Of a DNA stretch of 64,000 bases, positions 23,982-35,900 are shown in pieces. The translations under genes and the position numbers were made by a program. The notes below the pieces were generated by a model. That model did no database searches. It had not been told where the DNA came from and was given only the letters and a program-made list of their open reading frames with translations. The DNA comes from a virus, in the IMG/VR virus record IMGVR_UViG_3300030419_005456, positions 1 to 64,000 of that record, one strand, 5' to 3'. The number at the start of each line of letters is the position of its first letter. The first letter of the stretch is position 1.

Positions 23982-26900
23982 ATGCCAATTAATTCATCAA
24001 CTGATAGCGAATATATTTTTCAGCAAACATTTATGGGCGCTTCCATAACTAGCTTTAATGCTAGTATGGGTTTTAATAGTAATTCTAACAGCATAAATAT
24101 TAACCTAGTTGAAGACAATAAAAACAAAAGAGAACCTAACGCTGTAGATGAAGGATATCATATATGGGACAAGAAAAAGGGTTTTCCTGAAGGCGCGGCT
24201 AAAAATTATAAGGCTGCGGGTGATGTTTTCTATGCGCCGACCGTTGGGTCTCCCGCTTATTTTGAATACTACAAATCTACGATTAGAAGCTGTGGAGCTT
24301 GCGGCACAACAAGAGAGGGAAGAGATGAGGAAGGTGATAGGATACAAATATTTACAGAAGAGAGTCCTAGAGTAAATAAAGATCAAGAATCTTGCGAAGC
24401 TGCCGGTAAAGTTTGGAAAAAGCCCGCCGTTGTTGACAAAAGAAAAGCTGCTAAAAAGGGTGATCTTTCCAAGGTGTATGAATTTAATGGTATAGTAAAA
24501 AATTATAAAAGAGGCACAAGCAGTCGTGGAGTTACATATACGGTAACCCTAGAAGATCCTAGATTTATGCTTGAGGGTACTCAGGTTGTTTTAGGGGGGC
24601 ATTCAGACCCTATAGCAACAGCAGACGCTTCTTACAATATAATTAGAAAGTTTAGAAACGGTAAGTATAGCAACAGAAGATATTATAAATTTGGAGCAAT
24701 AGGCTATTATAACATACTAAATCCGTTTGGGTATTATGAGTATTTTCAGTATGGCTCTGCCGACGTAAGCGCTAATGGTATGCCGTGGGTAAAAGTGTTA
24801 GACGCTCTAGCTACCATACTTAAAGGTAGGTATGACATTTGGGAGGATGAGGATGGTGAGGTATACAATTTAGAAAGATTTGGCGGACCTCTGTACTATG
24901 TCCAAGACCTCCGTAAAGAACAGGAGATGAAAGCCTCTGAACCGGTAAATGTACATAGATATCAGGTAGATTTGAGAGACATGTACCTCCTGCATAAAGA
25001 TAAGGGTGGTCCTCTAGGGGATGATATTAGGATAAACGGCGAAAGCATGTCCCTTCTTTCCCTCCTTCAAAAAATATGCGAAATTGCTGGTGCAGACTTT
25101 TTTGTTGAATTGGTTACGAAGAAAGACAATGGAAAAACACCAATAGCAGAAAAGAAGCAACATGAACAATCAGATTACGCTGGTGTTATTAAAGTAACAC
25201 CAATCTTAAGAAATGCACCTATAGTTCCGGGTCTCATACAAAAAGAAATAGATACCGCCACCGAACAAAGCCAATTAACAGAACAAGAAGATTCTGATTG
25301 CACTAAAGGAGAAGCCAAACATAGATGGGCTAAACGTATTGTTTCTCATAATATTGGTTATGAATTTAAAGATCCTGTATCTGGAATTGTTTTAACAGGC
25401 GCTCAAAGAACAAGAGTGGTTGGGGTTACTGCCATGGGTTGGTTTCCTGATATTAATGTTCAAGGAGAAGAGGGCGGGGGAATGATTCGCAAGAGATTTG
25501 CTGTGGGTAGTGACAAGCTAAGAGAGTTCATGCCATCTATAGAGCAGGATGGTGTAGCCTTTTGTAATCCGGGTTGGTTACACCCAAAAGGTTTTCCAGA
25601 TAATACCAGAGGAATAAGTGTAGATCCAGCTAATCCGATTACTAAAGCGATGTGGAATGTTAAGAATCCCTTGAGTCCGGTATCTAATGATGACTTCGTT
25701 TCTTGGGGTCATGATAAAACTCCATTCATGGAGGCTAAACTTCATAAGTTGGCAGATGCTGTTGGAACCCCACCTGAATTCCAATTAGCTGGAATAAAAG
25801 CGGGCGATGGATTAATTGATTTGTACCCATGTTGGGGATTCCTGAGAGGCAGCGATCAGTTTAAAGGGGTATTTACTGCTTCTTCCTATCTTGCACCAAA
25901 AGCAAAAGGTGTTCCCATTAAAGGTAGGTTTGGGAATGATAATGCTTACAGAGACTTTGATACACTTAGAGGTATCTTTAGCATATTTGAATATTATGAC
26001 TATGACTATAAAACCAAAAGCTTAGAGAAACCGGGGCCGTGTTTTTTCACACCATATTCAAACCAGTGTCCAGCGTATCCTGAGCCAAAAGGTGGCATAC
26101 AAGCGCCAGCATGTTATGAAAATGACGGAGCAAATGCCAAAGAAAAAGAAGTAAAAGACGACAAGGGCGTTGTCCAAAAGGGTAAAAAATATAATAACAA
26201 AGAAGATTGTGAAAAGAATGATGGTTTTTGGTATAGCAGAGGCGGAGACTTTGTTACTTATAGATATAAACTTACAAGCAAAACTTTTGATACTAGACAA
26301 CGAATACGAGTAAAAGATACTGAAACCGGTGGGACAAAATTAGTAGATAATCCTAACTATGGAAATTTGGCATCCTTTACGTTTGCTCAACCTGCAACAG
26401 CAGATATTCCAGTTGATTTAAGCAATCTTATTGGAGGTATTAGTTACACTGGCGGCCCTGTTACTAAATATGGTGATTTTTCTCATTACTATTATGCTAC
26501 GGTTACTGAACTAAGAGCGGCTTTGTCCGGTTTTCAGTCTTGGAGTGAATACACCCAAATTTTTGCGCCTTGGCTTCATTGTACTCTTGGACTACCGACA
26601 TGTCCCATGGCAACAGGAAAACAAGCAAATATGGCCGGTGGACAAAAAGAAGCGCCGTTTATAGTGGTAAAAGACGCGGATGGTAACGAGAAGAAAGTAC
26701 CTAAGTGGAAGGGGGCTGGGCCATTTGTATACCCTGTTGTTCATGCGTTTAATAGATGGCTTGGTATAGTTCCTCCTCTTAGTGGCGACGAAGACCATGA
26801 TGGACGAGTAGATAATTACACTTTGGAATCTATGAAAGAGGTTCCCGGCGCTCAAGAAAATTCTAGCAAACTTCTTGAAGCTGTTTTTGACCGAATACAA

Positions 26901-28100
26901 CAAACGGCTAGCCATTACGGAAAATCTTATTTAATGGCACTTCCGTTTACACCTCCAGAGTCAGATGAGCATATAAGACAAATATCAGAAGTTGCTTTTG
27001 AGTATGAGCAGAGGTGGGATATATCTAGTGAGGGCTGGGTGGATATAGACACGCAAACAAAAGAATTTGGAAAAAGGTATCCTCACAATATTAATTTCTA
27101 CAGTAGTGAGGGTAATTTAGAACCTTTTGTTGTATTCCCTCAATACCGTCAACAAACCATAAGCAAAAGGCAAGCACCAATTGATCCGGGTAGTCAAGAT
27201 CCGAAAAGTGTTCATTATACTTTTATAGAAGACTCTTTGGGGGGAGGTTCTCAAGGTAAGATTTTCAAGAAAACCAATGTAGACCAAACAACATATTGGC
27301 TATGGAGTACCTCAACATACGATATACAAACTGGCAAGGCTAAAGAAGGAACCATTAAGCCTTACGCTTTAATAAAACAAAGCGAACGCGCTTCCTTGAG
27401 ACATGATGACATGACATCGGTTAGCCCAAACTCTAGCACAAGAAGGCGTCAAGATAAGACTTGGGCGATAAAGCCGTTTGGTGTTCCTTTGGGGAAAATA
27501 AATGGTAGGTATTTATTTAATGCTAACTTTATCTATGGATTTAAGACAGGTCTTTACCACCAAGGTAGTACGCATGCTGGCGCTTGGCAAGACTCTGGAA
27601 AATTTACCCTAGCACCAGCAGCTTATGCTCCTTGGACAGCGGCTGTTCCACAGAAAAGTAATAGATACAGATGGGGACCATGGGCTTTAGGAACTGGTTT
27701 TGGTAAAGCTAAATACGAAGTTGATACTAATTTTCACCCAGCAGCCTTTGGTGGTTTTGATAACATGGAAATTGCCGGGATAGAAAAATGTAAAGCGGCA
27801 GTAGAGCCAGACCAAGTAACATCTGGATGGGCAAAAGAGAGCGGTTCAATTACTTTGGCTGGTTTGCCTTCGGCAGATGATGGTGATGGTCGATCAATTA
27901 TGGGTCGCCAGTTGATGGGTCAAGGACCATATATAACTGATGTATCCTTAGATATTGGGTCTGGTGGCGTAACAACGACTTATAATATGCAAACACAACG
28001 AAAGTTTGGAAAACTACAAGAAATTTATGAGAACAGAATGAGACAACAAGCTTCAGACATTATAAAAACAGCAAAAGAACTGAATGACTTGAGAGGATAA
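23982..28100 (+). CDS. Putative baseplate hub (Tal-like) protein
   Basis: 1372 aa; N-terminal TFMGASITSF..ININLVED, YTVTLEDPR and SLLSLLQKICEIAG.DFFVEL; C-terminal GPYITDVSLDIG..GVTTTY, typical of hub proteins. Confidence 0.6.
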   Translation: MPINSSTDSEYIFQQTFMGASITSFNASMGFNSNSNSININLVEDNKNKREPNAVDEGYHIWDKKKGFPEGAAKNYKAAGDVFYAPTVGSPAYFEYYKSTIRSCGACGTTREGRDEEGDRIQIFTEESPRVNKDQESCEAAGKVWKKPAVVDKRKAAKKGDLSKVYEFNGIVKNYKRGTSSRGVTYTVTLEDPRFMLEGTQVVLGGHSDPIATADASYNIIRKFRNGKYSNRRYYKFGAIGYYNILNPFGYYEYFQYGSADVSANGMPWVKVLDALATILKGRYDIWEDEDGEVYNLERFGGPLYYVQDLRKEQEMKASEPVNVHRYQVDLRDMYLLHKDKGGPLGDDIRINGESMSLLSLLQKICEIAGADFFVELVTKKDNGKTPIAEKKQHEQSDYAGVIKVTPILRNAPIVPGLIQKEIDTATEQSQLTEQEDSDCTKGEAKHRWAKRIVSHNIGYEFKDPVSGIVLTGAQRTRVVGVTAMGWFPDINVQGEEGGGMIRKRFAVGSDKLREFMPSIEQDGVAFCNPGWLHPKGFPDNTRGISVDPANPITKAMWNVKNPLSPVSNDDFVSWGHDKTPFMEAKLHKLADAVGTPPEFQLAGIKAGDGLIDLYPCWGFLRGSDQFKGVFTASSYLAPKAKGVPIKGRFGNDNAYRDFDTLRGIFSIFEYYDYDYKTKSLEKPGPCFFTPYSNQCPAYPEPKGGIQAPACYENDGANAKEKEVKDDKGVVQKGKKYNNKEDCEKNDGFWYSRGGDFVTYRYKLTSKTFDTRQRIRVKDTETGGTKLVDNPNYGNLASFTFAQPATADIPVDLSNLIGGISYTGGPVTKYGDFSHYYYATVTELRAALSGFQSWSEYTQIFAPWLHCTLGLPTCPMATGKQANMAGGQKEAPFIVVKDADGNEKKVPKWKGAGPFVYPVVHAFNRWLGIVPPLSGDEDHDGRVDNYTLESMKEVPGAQENSSKLLEAVFDRIQQTASHYGKSYLMALPFTPPESDEHIRQISEVAFEYEQRWDISSEGWVDIDTQTKEFGKRYPHNINFYSSEGNLEPFVVFPQYRQQTISKRQAPIDPGSQDPKSVHYTFIEDSLGGGSQGKIFKKTNVDQTTYWLWSTSTYDIQTGKAKEGTIKPYALIKQSERASLRHDDMTSVSPNSSTRRRQDKTWAIKPFGVPLGKINGRYLFNANFIYGFKTGLYHQGSTHAGAWQDSGKFTLAPAAYAPWTAAVPQKSNRYRWGPWALGTGFGKAKYEVDTNFHPAAFGGFDNMEIAGIEKCKAAVEPDQVTSGWAKESGSITLAGLPSADDGDGRSIMGRQLMGQGPYITDVSLDIGSGGVTTTYNMQTQRKFGKLQEIYENRMRQQASDIIKTAKELNDLRG

Positions 28101-28103
28101 AAC

Positions 28104-29969
28104 ATGGCTATTGAATTCCCACAAGATAAATTACCTGAAATTCCTTTAGATGCAATTAAAAAATTGGATCAAATGGACGATCCGCAAGAAGCGGCGGGTG
28201 AAGATACATCTACACCTCAGACTAAAAATGTATCTAGTGGTTTATTTGCTGGAAGCATGAATATTGATGTTCACAGTAAGGTGTTTACTCAAAGCACAAA
28301 CGAAGAAGGCAAAACCTCATTTACATTAGCAACAGATGACGATTGGCCGGATGGATATTTTATAGATATAAGAACAGGTAAATCTGTTTCTCAACCAGCA
28401 ACAGCCTTAAAGTCCCATTTGGAAACTGACGGAGCGTGGAAAGCACAAGCCGGAATGAGTACGGAAGGTTTACTGCTTCCGTGCGCCGTTGAATTTGTTG
28501 AACGTAGCCCAAAAGGGGTAAGCGACGAATATTATAATGCCGGAGGAAAAAGGCCGGATATAGATGGAGGTGCCTTGTCTCCTTTTGAACAACCAAATAC
28601 TAAGTTGATGGATTGGCAAACTCCACCAACAGGTCAAGAAGGAAATATATGGGGTCTACAAAATATAACATCTGTTACTTTGAACCCCTTTGTTTACGCG
28701 CATCATATAGGAACGATGCTTAGAGGTTCTACTAAACAAACCCTTCAGATAAACAAAGACGGCTCTGATTATGTTGCCCCCATGCTTGGTGACGTTAATG
28801 AGACCGCTGGAGAAAATCAAAGACCATTAGGCTTAAGAGGGCCAATGATAGTAACGGGCTGGGGCTATGATACCGAAGACTTTCCCGTTCCTAACGCTAA
28901 AATGGAAGCCAAATATAAAGACTCCAACCCAAAGTCAGAAAACTTCGGCATGCCAACCTTAGAACTTGACGCCATCAAAGAGAGAAACCCTAAGCTATCT
29001 TTTTTAAATCACCATTTACAAAGAATAGACCAGTGGAAGAGCGGTCCTGTAGATTTAAGGTGGGATAGAGAAAGAAAAGTCTGGGTTAGCCCCGGAGCTA
29101 ACAGGGTTTACTTATGCAAAGCTGCTAAATGTATATTACCCACAGCCGGTCCCGATGGAAAAAACTCTTGGAATTGGGGCGTTGCCGGAACTACATCTTC
29201 TCCGGGTAGGCAGTACAAAAATCCATGCCCAGATACTAGTTGTGGGTTTAGTACATACTTTCCCACAAGTCCATATTTTCCCGATATAGAAATATATGAT
29301 CCCGAAGACAAAGAGTGGTGCGGTAAGTGTAGTGTAAGGCTTGTTGGTAAACACAAAACGCCTATGGTTAATTGCGAAGAGTTTAATGATGCCTGTGTTC
29401 CTTTTTATGATGCTATAGTTGTTAAATCTATGGGGCATATAACATCTGGAAAGGTTAAATCAGATTGTGGAGATAAATATCAGCGTACTGGTGCTGGGCC
29501 TTCAGATAGAAGAGTAGGTAACCCATGTCATGGCTGGGGCGTGCAATATATGCAAAAAGAAGAGTATCTTGGCGATATTATGGATGGTGGAACTAAAGCT
29601 ACTAAATATTCAGATGTTGCCGCATCTGTTTTACACAGAAAAATATTCATAGAAAACCCATTAAGTCAAGGGTTAATGCTAGGAGATGCATTTCTTAGTT
29701 ATGATACAGGAAGAAGGTTATCTTATACATATGAAAGAAGAAAAGACAAAGGGGCTTGTGGCGTTGCTGGTGAAAAAATAACAGTTACCGAAACTATACC
29801 AGTACATGTTATTCTGCAAGCTGAATTTTTTGGCGTAGAATTAGTACAGTCAGTAGCATGTCAGCAAGGAGAATTAGGTTCTTGCACTAGAAAGATATTT
29901 GCTCAAGGTATGGCCACCCCAATAGACTGTGGTCCAGACGACGACTATCCAAGCACAGCAATATACTAA
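28104..29969 (+). CDS. Tail-tip protein with Cys-rich C-terminal half
   Basis: 621 aa; LGLRGPMIVTGWGYD and W.SGPVDLRWD.ERKVW motifs, followed by a Cys-rich region. Confidence 0.55.
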   Translation: MAIEFPQDKLPEIPLDAIKKLDQMDDPQEAAGEDTSTPQTKNVSSGLFAGSMNIDVHSKVFTQSTNEEGKTSFTLATDDDWPDGYFIDIRTGKSVSQPATALKSHLETDGAWKAQAGMSTEGLLLPCAVEFVERSPKGVSDEYYNAGGKRPDIDGGALSPFEQPNTKLMDWQTPPTGQEGNIWGLQNITSVTLNPFVYAHHIGTMLRGSTKQTLQINKDGSDYVAPMLGDVNETAGENQRPLGLRGPMIVTGWGYDTEDFPVPNAKMEAKYKDSNPKSENFGMPTLELDAIKERNPKLSFLNHHLQRIDQWKSGPVDLRWDRERKVWVSPGANRVYLCKAAKCILPTAGPDGKNSWNWGVAGTTSSPGRQYKNPCPDTSCGFSTYFPTSPYFPDIEIYDPEDKEWCGKCSVRLVGKHKTPMVNCEEFNDACVPFYDAIVVKSMGHITSGKVKSDCGDKYQRTGAGPSDRRVGNPCHGWGVQYMQKEEYLGDIMDGGTKATKYSDVAASVLHRKIFIENPLSQGLMLGDAFLSYDTGRRLSYTYERRKDKGACGVAGEKITVTETIPVHVILQAEFFGVELVQSVACQQGELGSCTRKIFAQGMATPIDCGPDDDYPSTAIY

Positions 29970-29984
29970 CGGACGGAAACAGGA

Positions 29985-32900
29985 ATGACAGTTGGAGACA
30001 ACTTTGATACATCTTCTCTTGGAACGAGAAACAGGAGAACTAAGCGCTATGCTGGTAGCTTAGAAACTGCTGGTCTTTATGGCCAATGGTATCAAGAAAA
30101 TAATTTCGGCCACCCTTGTAATATAGGTTGTGGCTGCAAAAAGGTCTGTGACGGACTGTTAGGACCATGTCTATTGCCACCCGAATTGCAGGTAACTCTT
30201 GTAAAATCTTCCAGTGGTAGAGTTAGCGCAAGAATTCAAACTGACACAAAAGGTTCTCAAGGTAGTGGAAACGCTGAAACGTTTCATCTTATATACCAAA
30301 ACGGCGCATGGAGAGGAAGAAAGTGCTGTACAGATTCTGACTCTAGGATATTAATAGACGAAAGCGAAGGCGAAACGGTCAGTTATTATCCTACGCAAGA
30401 TTCTGGTGATAAGTCTAGATCTGGAGAGTATCTATACTTTGTTAAAGATGAAGATTTTGATGATGGCGAGGGAAATAGCGCCTTTAAGTTTGCTGGACAA
30501 ACAGGTGTGCTTGTAGACAAGAAGGGTAGACCTGTCCATTTTAATAGCAATAGGACTGCAACTTCTTCCGCTATTGATCTCGACGAATCTATGGGTGCGG
30601 AGGAGGATTGTGGGGGTCGAAAATGTGCAAAGGTGGGCGCTTTTAAACACTCAGAGTGGATGGGTTGTGACCCTTGTAGTGTAACCACAATTGATGCTTC
30701 TTATCAGCTTTACAAACAGGATGTAGACGAAGAAGGTAATAAAATATCTGTTCCAGATGGATATAAAGTTACGGCTATTAATGCTGAAAAAGTTTGCTCT
30801 TACTATGGAAAAGAAGGTGTTCATAGACCTTGGAAGGGGAAAACAACCCGTCCTCACGATTTGAAATTTGAAGACATTAATCAAGAAACTGCGGGAATAC
30901 CAGTTTTTCCGGGCGTTCAATCTGGGTGTTTACCTGATGGAGAAAAGGCTAGATTATCAAACGATTATTGCTGGGATGTAGTTAATAATAAGATTGCCGA
31001 AAAAAATATTGTTCAATGTTTTGATGGCGGCACTGAGATTCGTGCCGATTTGGACTATCCCAACAAAGCACAAGACTGTATAGACGCTGGTTATAAGGCT
31101 GTTAATGCAACCCGCACGCTAACAGAAAAAGAGTGTTTAGAGCAAGCAAAGTGTGTCACGGGTGAAGACAACACAATCGTTTCAAAGTGGAACTGTTTAT
31201 CTCGCTTTGACCCTAAATCTACATACAATACAACAGGCGAAGAAGCTTCTATAAAAAGAACTTGGACATTAGAGTGGAAAAGTGGAACAGAAGTAGTATT
31301 TGATGCCAACAAAAAAATTATTGCCGGAGGTTACGACAGAACTTCTTGCTGTGGTGGTCACGTTATTGATCAGTGGCATACCCCACATACCCCTAATCTA
31401 AGATCTGGGTCTCAGGGAGTAAAGCACGGTTGGCAAGGAACCTGTGTTACCCCCTACAAAGAACTGGTATTAACCCCCGGCGTGCCTGATAACATGACCC
31501 CCGGCATGACAGCGCTTACCTGTGGTACTGGGACAGCAAATAGTCATGAAAGATTTGAAATGCATGACGATTTGGTTGAGTCTGGTTTTACCCTAGTTTA
31601 TAGAGATTGTGATTTCTATAACGATTACAATCCTGATGATGACCCTTACAATAATCCTGATAGCACAGACGCTGATGTTCCTTCTGGAGGAAAAGAAACG
31701 GTTCTAATTATCCCTATGGATCAGGTAATGAACTGTTCTGACTTTACTTTAACAGAACTAGACGGCAATCATAATTCTAGCAGGGATGGTTGGCAGGTTG
31801 AATATGGTGATTTAGCTGGAAATGCTGCTGGAGGTGATTACCCCGGCGATCCACATTCTACCGATGGCAATGATCCGGCTATAAATTATTGCATACGAGA
31901 CAGTGAAGGTCCGTGGCATGATAGCACAAAAGATGAATGGGCGCATGGTGGTGGTTTCAAAGGTGCCGGTGCAGATGGATCTAAGTCGTGGAAACGAACC
32001 AATGTTCCTAAAGGTTTTGGGGCTACGGGTAAAGGGGAATACGTTGACACCAACCATGGAAGTTGTTCGGTAGCTTATTACTGGGAAAATAGCTTAGGTT
32101 TAGACCCTCATAACGCAAGGTCTTATCATAACCCCGGAGATTGGGCTTTAAGAAAATTAAACCTTCAACCGCAACCATTCAAAGCTACAGAGTGGAGGCA
32201 AAACAAAAAGAAGACTCTCAAACAAGCTGAAGCAGATAGAGCAGCATTTGAGCAATGCATATCTGTAAGATGGCCAACTTGGTGTCAAAAGACCGGCCTA
32301 CCATTCTGGTTTGAAAATGATTTTCTGTGGGACAAATTCACATACAAATACGGTCGTTACGGAAGTAAAACGGCTATTAGTGATCAAGCATGCGCCCCAA
32401 TAAGCCAGTCTATATATGATATTTTGCAAGTTTCATATGACGACAAGAATTATGGCACCGAAGATAACCCTGAATATAAAGGGAAGTGTGTTTATTCTTT
32501 TGAAAATGTACAAAAAAGGGTGATAACTTTAGACTCATTTTCTGTGTATGAAATTTTTGACGACAAAGGGGGTTTAGCTTCACAAGGAGCCAAATTTGAA
32601 TCGGATGGTAGCGGTGGAGTGAAGGATCACGGGCATAGTGGAAAAGAGGCCACCGGTCGTATAATAGACGGTTCAAAAGTGGGTTTTCAGGAATGCATGG
32701 TTGATGAGTACGAATATTGTACAGACGATAATTATATAAGTTTTGAAGGCTGCATGAATGGTGGTGGATACTGGCAATCAACAATGGGAACATGGGAATA
32801 CCCAGAGTTAGAAGGGCCGGGAGATTCTGGGCATACACAATGCGGCGGTTGCGGTTCTGGGCCAAGAATTGCTTTTTTTGTTGATGATCCACCTGCGGGA

Positions 32901-35900
32901 TTAAGCGCACAAGAAAAATTAGACTGGGAAAGAAAATATAGAGACGGGCAAAACATGAAACAGCCCGGAACAAATCCAGATGACTACTACTTTATTAACC
33001 TACCATCGCAAATTACTAGCAAGATGGCTGAGTTATATACAGACAGAAAAGATATAGATGGATATGATAAAGATGAAACTGATAGCTTAGACTATTGGGG
33101 AAAAACAGGTTTATGGCCAGATCACGCTACGGCTAGTTATGTTGCCCATACAATGCTTGGTCTTAATACTACTAGAAAAATTGAGTATGCTAGTAATACA
33201 ACCCCTATTGTTGTAAAAAGTATTAACCATGGCTTAAAGCTTGGTGACCATGTGGGAATTGATGGAATTCTTGGTAATTTCAGAGCAAACACATGGACTC
33301 TTGGCCAATGGATGGAACAAGCTTGGCACAATAAAAGATCAAGTCCATGTGGAGGAGAGACTGATTGTGACGCACCTATTTGGCCAGATGCCGTATGTCC
33401 GTGTAATGATGGAAGTTGTAGCCACCCAAAAGGGGCTGATAGTAAAGAGGCATGTGAAAGCATACGAAATACGTGGGATGATTTTTGTAAACTTGACGGG
33501 GTCGATATATCGGGCAGCGCTTTTGGTGATCTAGTAGAGAGCAACGACTGGTCTGAAGAAGACGCAAAAGAATATTGCTATTCATCTGGTAAATGTTATA
33601 AGACACATCCAGACGGTACAAGAATAGAGGAAATTTCAGGTGCCGTCGTAGAAAGCGAAGGTTATTTAAGTCAGCATACGTGCTTTGCTTATGGAAACAG
33701 GCAAGGGGGAGATGGTTTTAAATATGAATTTGATCACCATAATAAATTATGCCTTGTGGAAGGTGAGTTAAAATATGCTGAAGACAAGAACTATTGCGAG
33801 AACGCCTACGACCACAGTTTGGGCGGGGTTTGGCAAGGCAGCACTGATAAGTATCCCCCGGAGGCTAAGGCTAAATCGTCATCCGAATGTAGTGATACAA
33901 ACCATAAGAATAAAGATGACTGCCTTAAAGCAAGACCTAAATGGACACAAGGAAAAAGTTTTGGAAAAGATAATGAGCATTGCTCTGGCGTAACAATAAA
34001 AGGTAAAGCTCCACCTCCAGCAGATTTCTTTGTCGTAAAGCCAGTTGATGATGACCACTTCCAACTTTGGAATTGTGCTGGCGAACCAATAGAGGGAACC
34101 ATAGATGAAGGGGTTGTTTGTGAGGGTGATGAGGCTTTAGATGTTACAGAAAAAGCCTGTGGTAATACCATAGCTCCATGGAATCAGGGTGTGATTGGCC
34201 AAACCGGGGGTCAAGAAATTGAAATGGTTAAGCAAACCATATGGGGAATAGAAAAAGAATGGCCGATGTTGAAACTAAGTAACAGCATCCCCCTTAACGA
34301 AGACAATTGTACCGAATATGGATATTGTTGGATTGTTGGTATAGGGTATGAGGCTGAGTCAATAATGACTCAAACTGACTGTTTCAATCTTGCTCGGGTC
34401 TATGAAAAGATAGAAATGACCGAAGCCTCAAAGAAGGCTGGAAAATTCCAACACACTCTATTATTAGCCCCGCTAGACAAAAATCCTGACAATGTAAATC
34501 CTTGTGTCAATGGCACCGATCCATCAGAGTGTTGGCAACCTTTGGAGTGGACAAGAAAAAAATCAATAGAAGAAGCTGCTGGTGAAAGAACAAGCGCAGC
34601 CATTACCAACTGGCAAGTTTGTCCACATACGGGTGTTTGGACCATATGGGATATGAATACAACAAACCCCTTGGTTAGCGATCCCGCAGACCCCAGCATA
34701 AGTTGGAGACCTTTCTGGACAGAGTCTGCCTACAAATCAGAAAAGGGCGCAGAAGACAATTACGTATATATACACCAAGAAGAAGTTTGCCCAGTATGCT
34801 GTGATCACTTTATGCCAGAAAAATTACTGGCTACTGTTGATGGTCTTGCCGTAACCGGAAGTACTGGATTGGTAGAGGGAACAGATCACTTCAACTACAT
34901 GACATCGGGTACTCATAATGTAAAGGTTCCAGACACAGATAATGACTATTGTGCTGAAATAAAAGACGGGAAAAGAACCAAAACCGACAAAGAATATGTT
35001 GATTGTAAAGTCGATGAAAACACACCAGAAGGTGTTACTTATGAATGGATTGTCCCCCTTAAAGCCACAACAGTAAATTGTGGGATTAATGCCTGCACAG
35101 GTAAGTTCTATGATTTTGTTGAAACTCAAACTATAGACTTAAGAACAAATGCTAAGGGTAGAGTAGGTGGAAAGTATTGCTGTGATTGTGGTGGATATTA
35201 TGAAAATGGTGTTTGGTATACTACAGAATGTGTAAAATGTTCTGACGCTCTTAGATTTGATGATCCGGTTGTAGATCATGAATTTGGAGATTCCCAATTA
35301 GGTATTGCTCCAGACCCCTGCTGTAGTTGTGAGTGTAATCCCGGCGAAGGAAATACACATAAAACTTCTTTAATGGATTATAAATATCCTACGTACAAAC
35401 AAGTTTGTGATTCACCATTGATGCCACAAGAAGCCGGAAAAACTCTTACTGTCGGGGAGCTTACTTGTAAAACAGTTACGGTAGAAGAAGAATGCGTAGC
35501 AACTGTTGCCTCTTGTTTAGATCTAGACAGCGAAGAAAAGTGTAACGCTGCTGACGTTGGGGATGGTGGTTGTTATTGGGCTAGCGATACAACACCGTCA
35601 GGAGATGAGTTCTTTTACTGTAAAGATCGTGCAGACAGCGTACCGTTTAGTTCAGATTCAGTTTGTGCAGAAAGATATGAAGAAAAAGACGCATGTAATG
35701 CCAGCCCCGTATGCGTTTGGCAGGATGAAAAAACAGCTTGTAGCTGTGGAACAGACGGTACTGGTAGAAAGGGTTGTACGGGTTTTCCAAATAATAGACC
35801 ACTTACATGCGAACCTTCTCAATTGGGTACTAATAGAGGCGCTTGTGAATATGATTTCAACGGTGCAAAAATCATTGCCGGAGGAAGCACCGTTGATAAA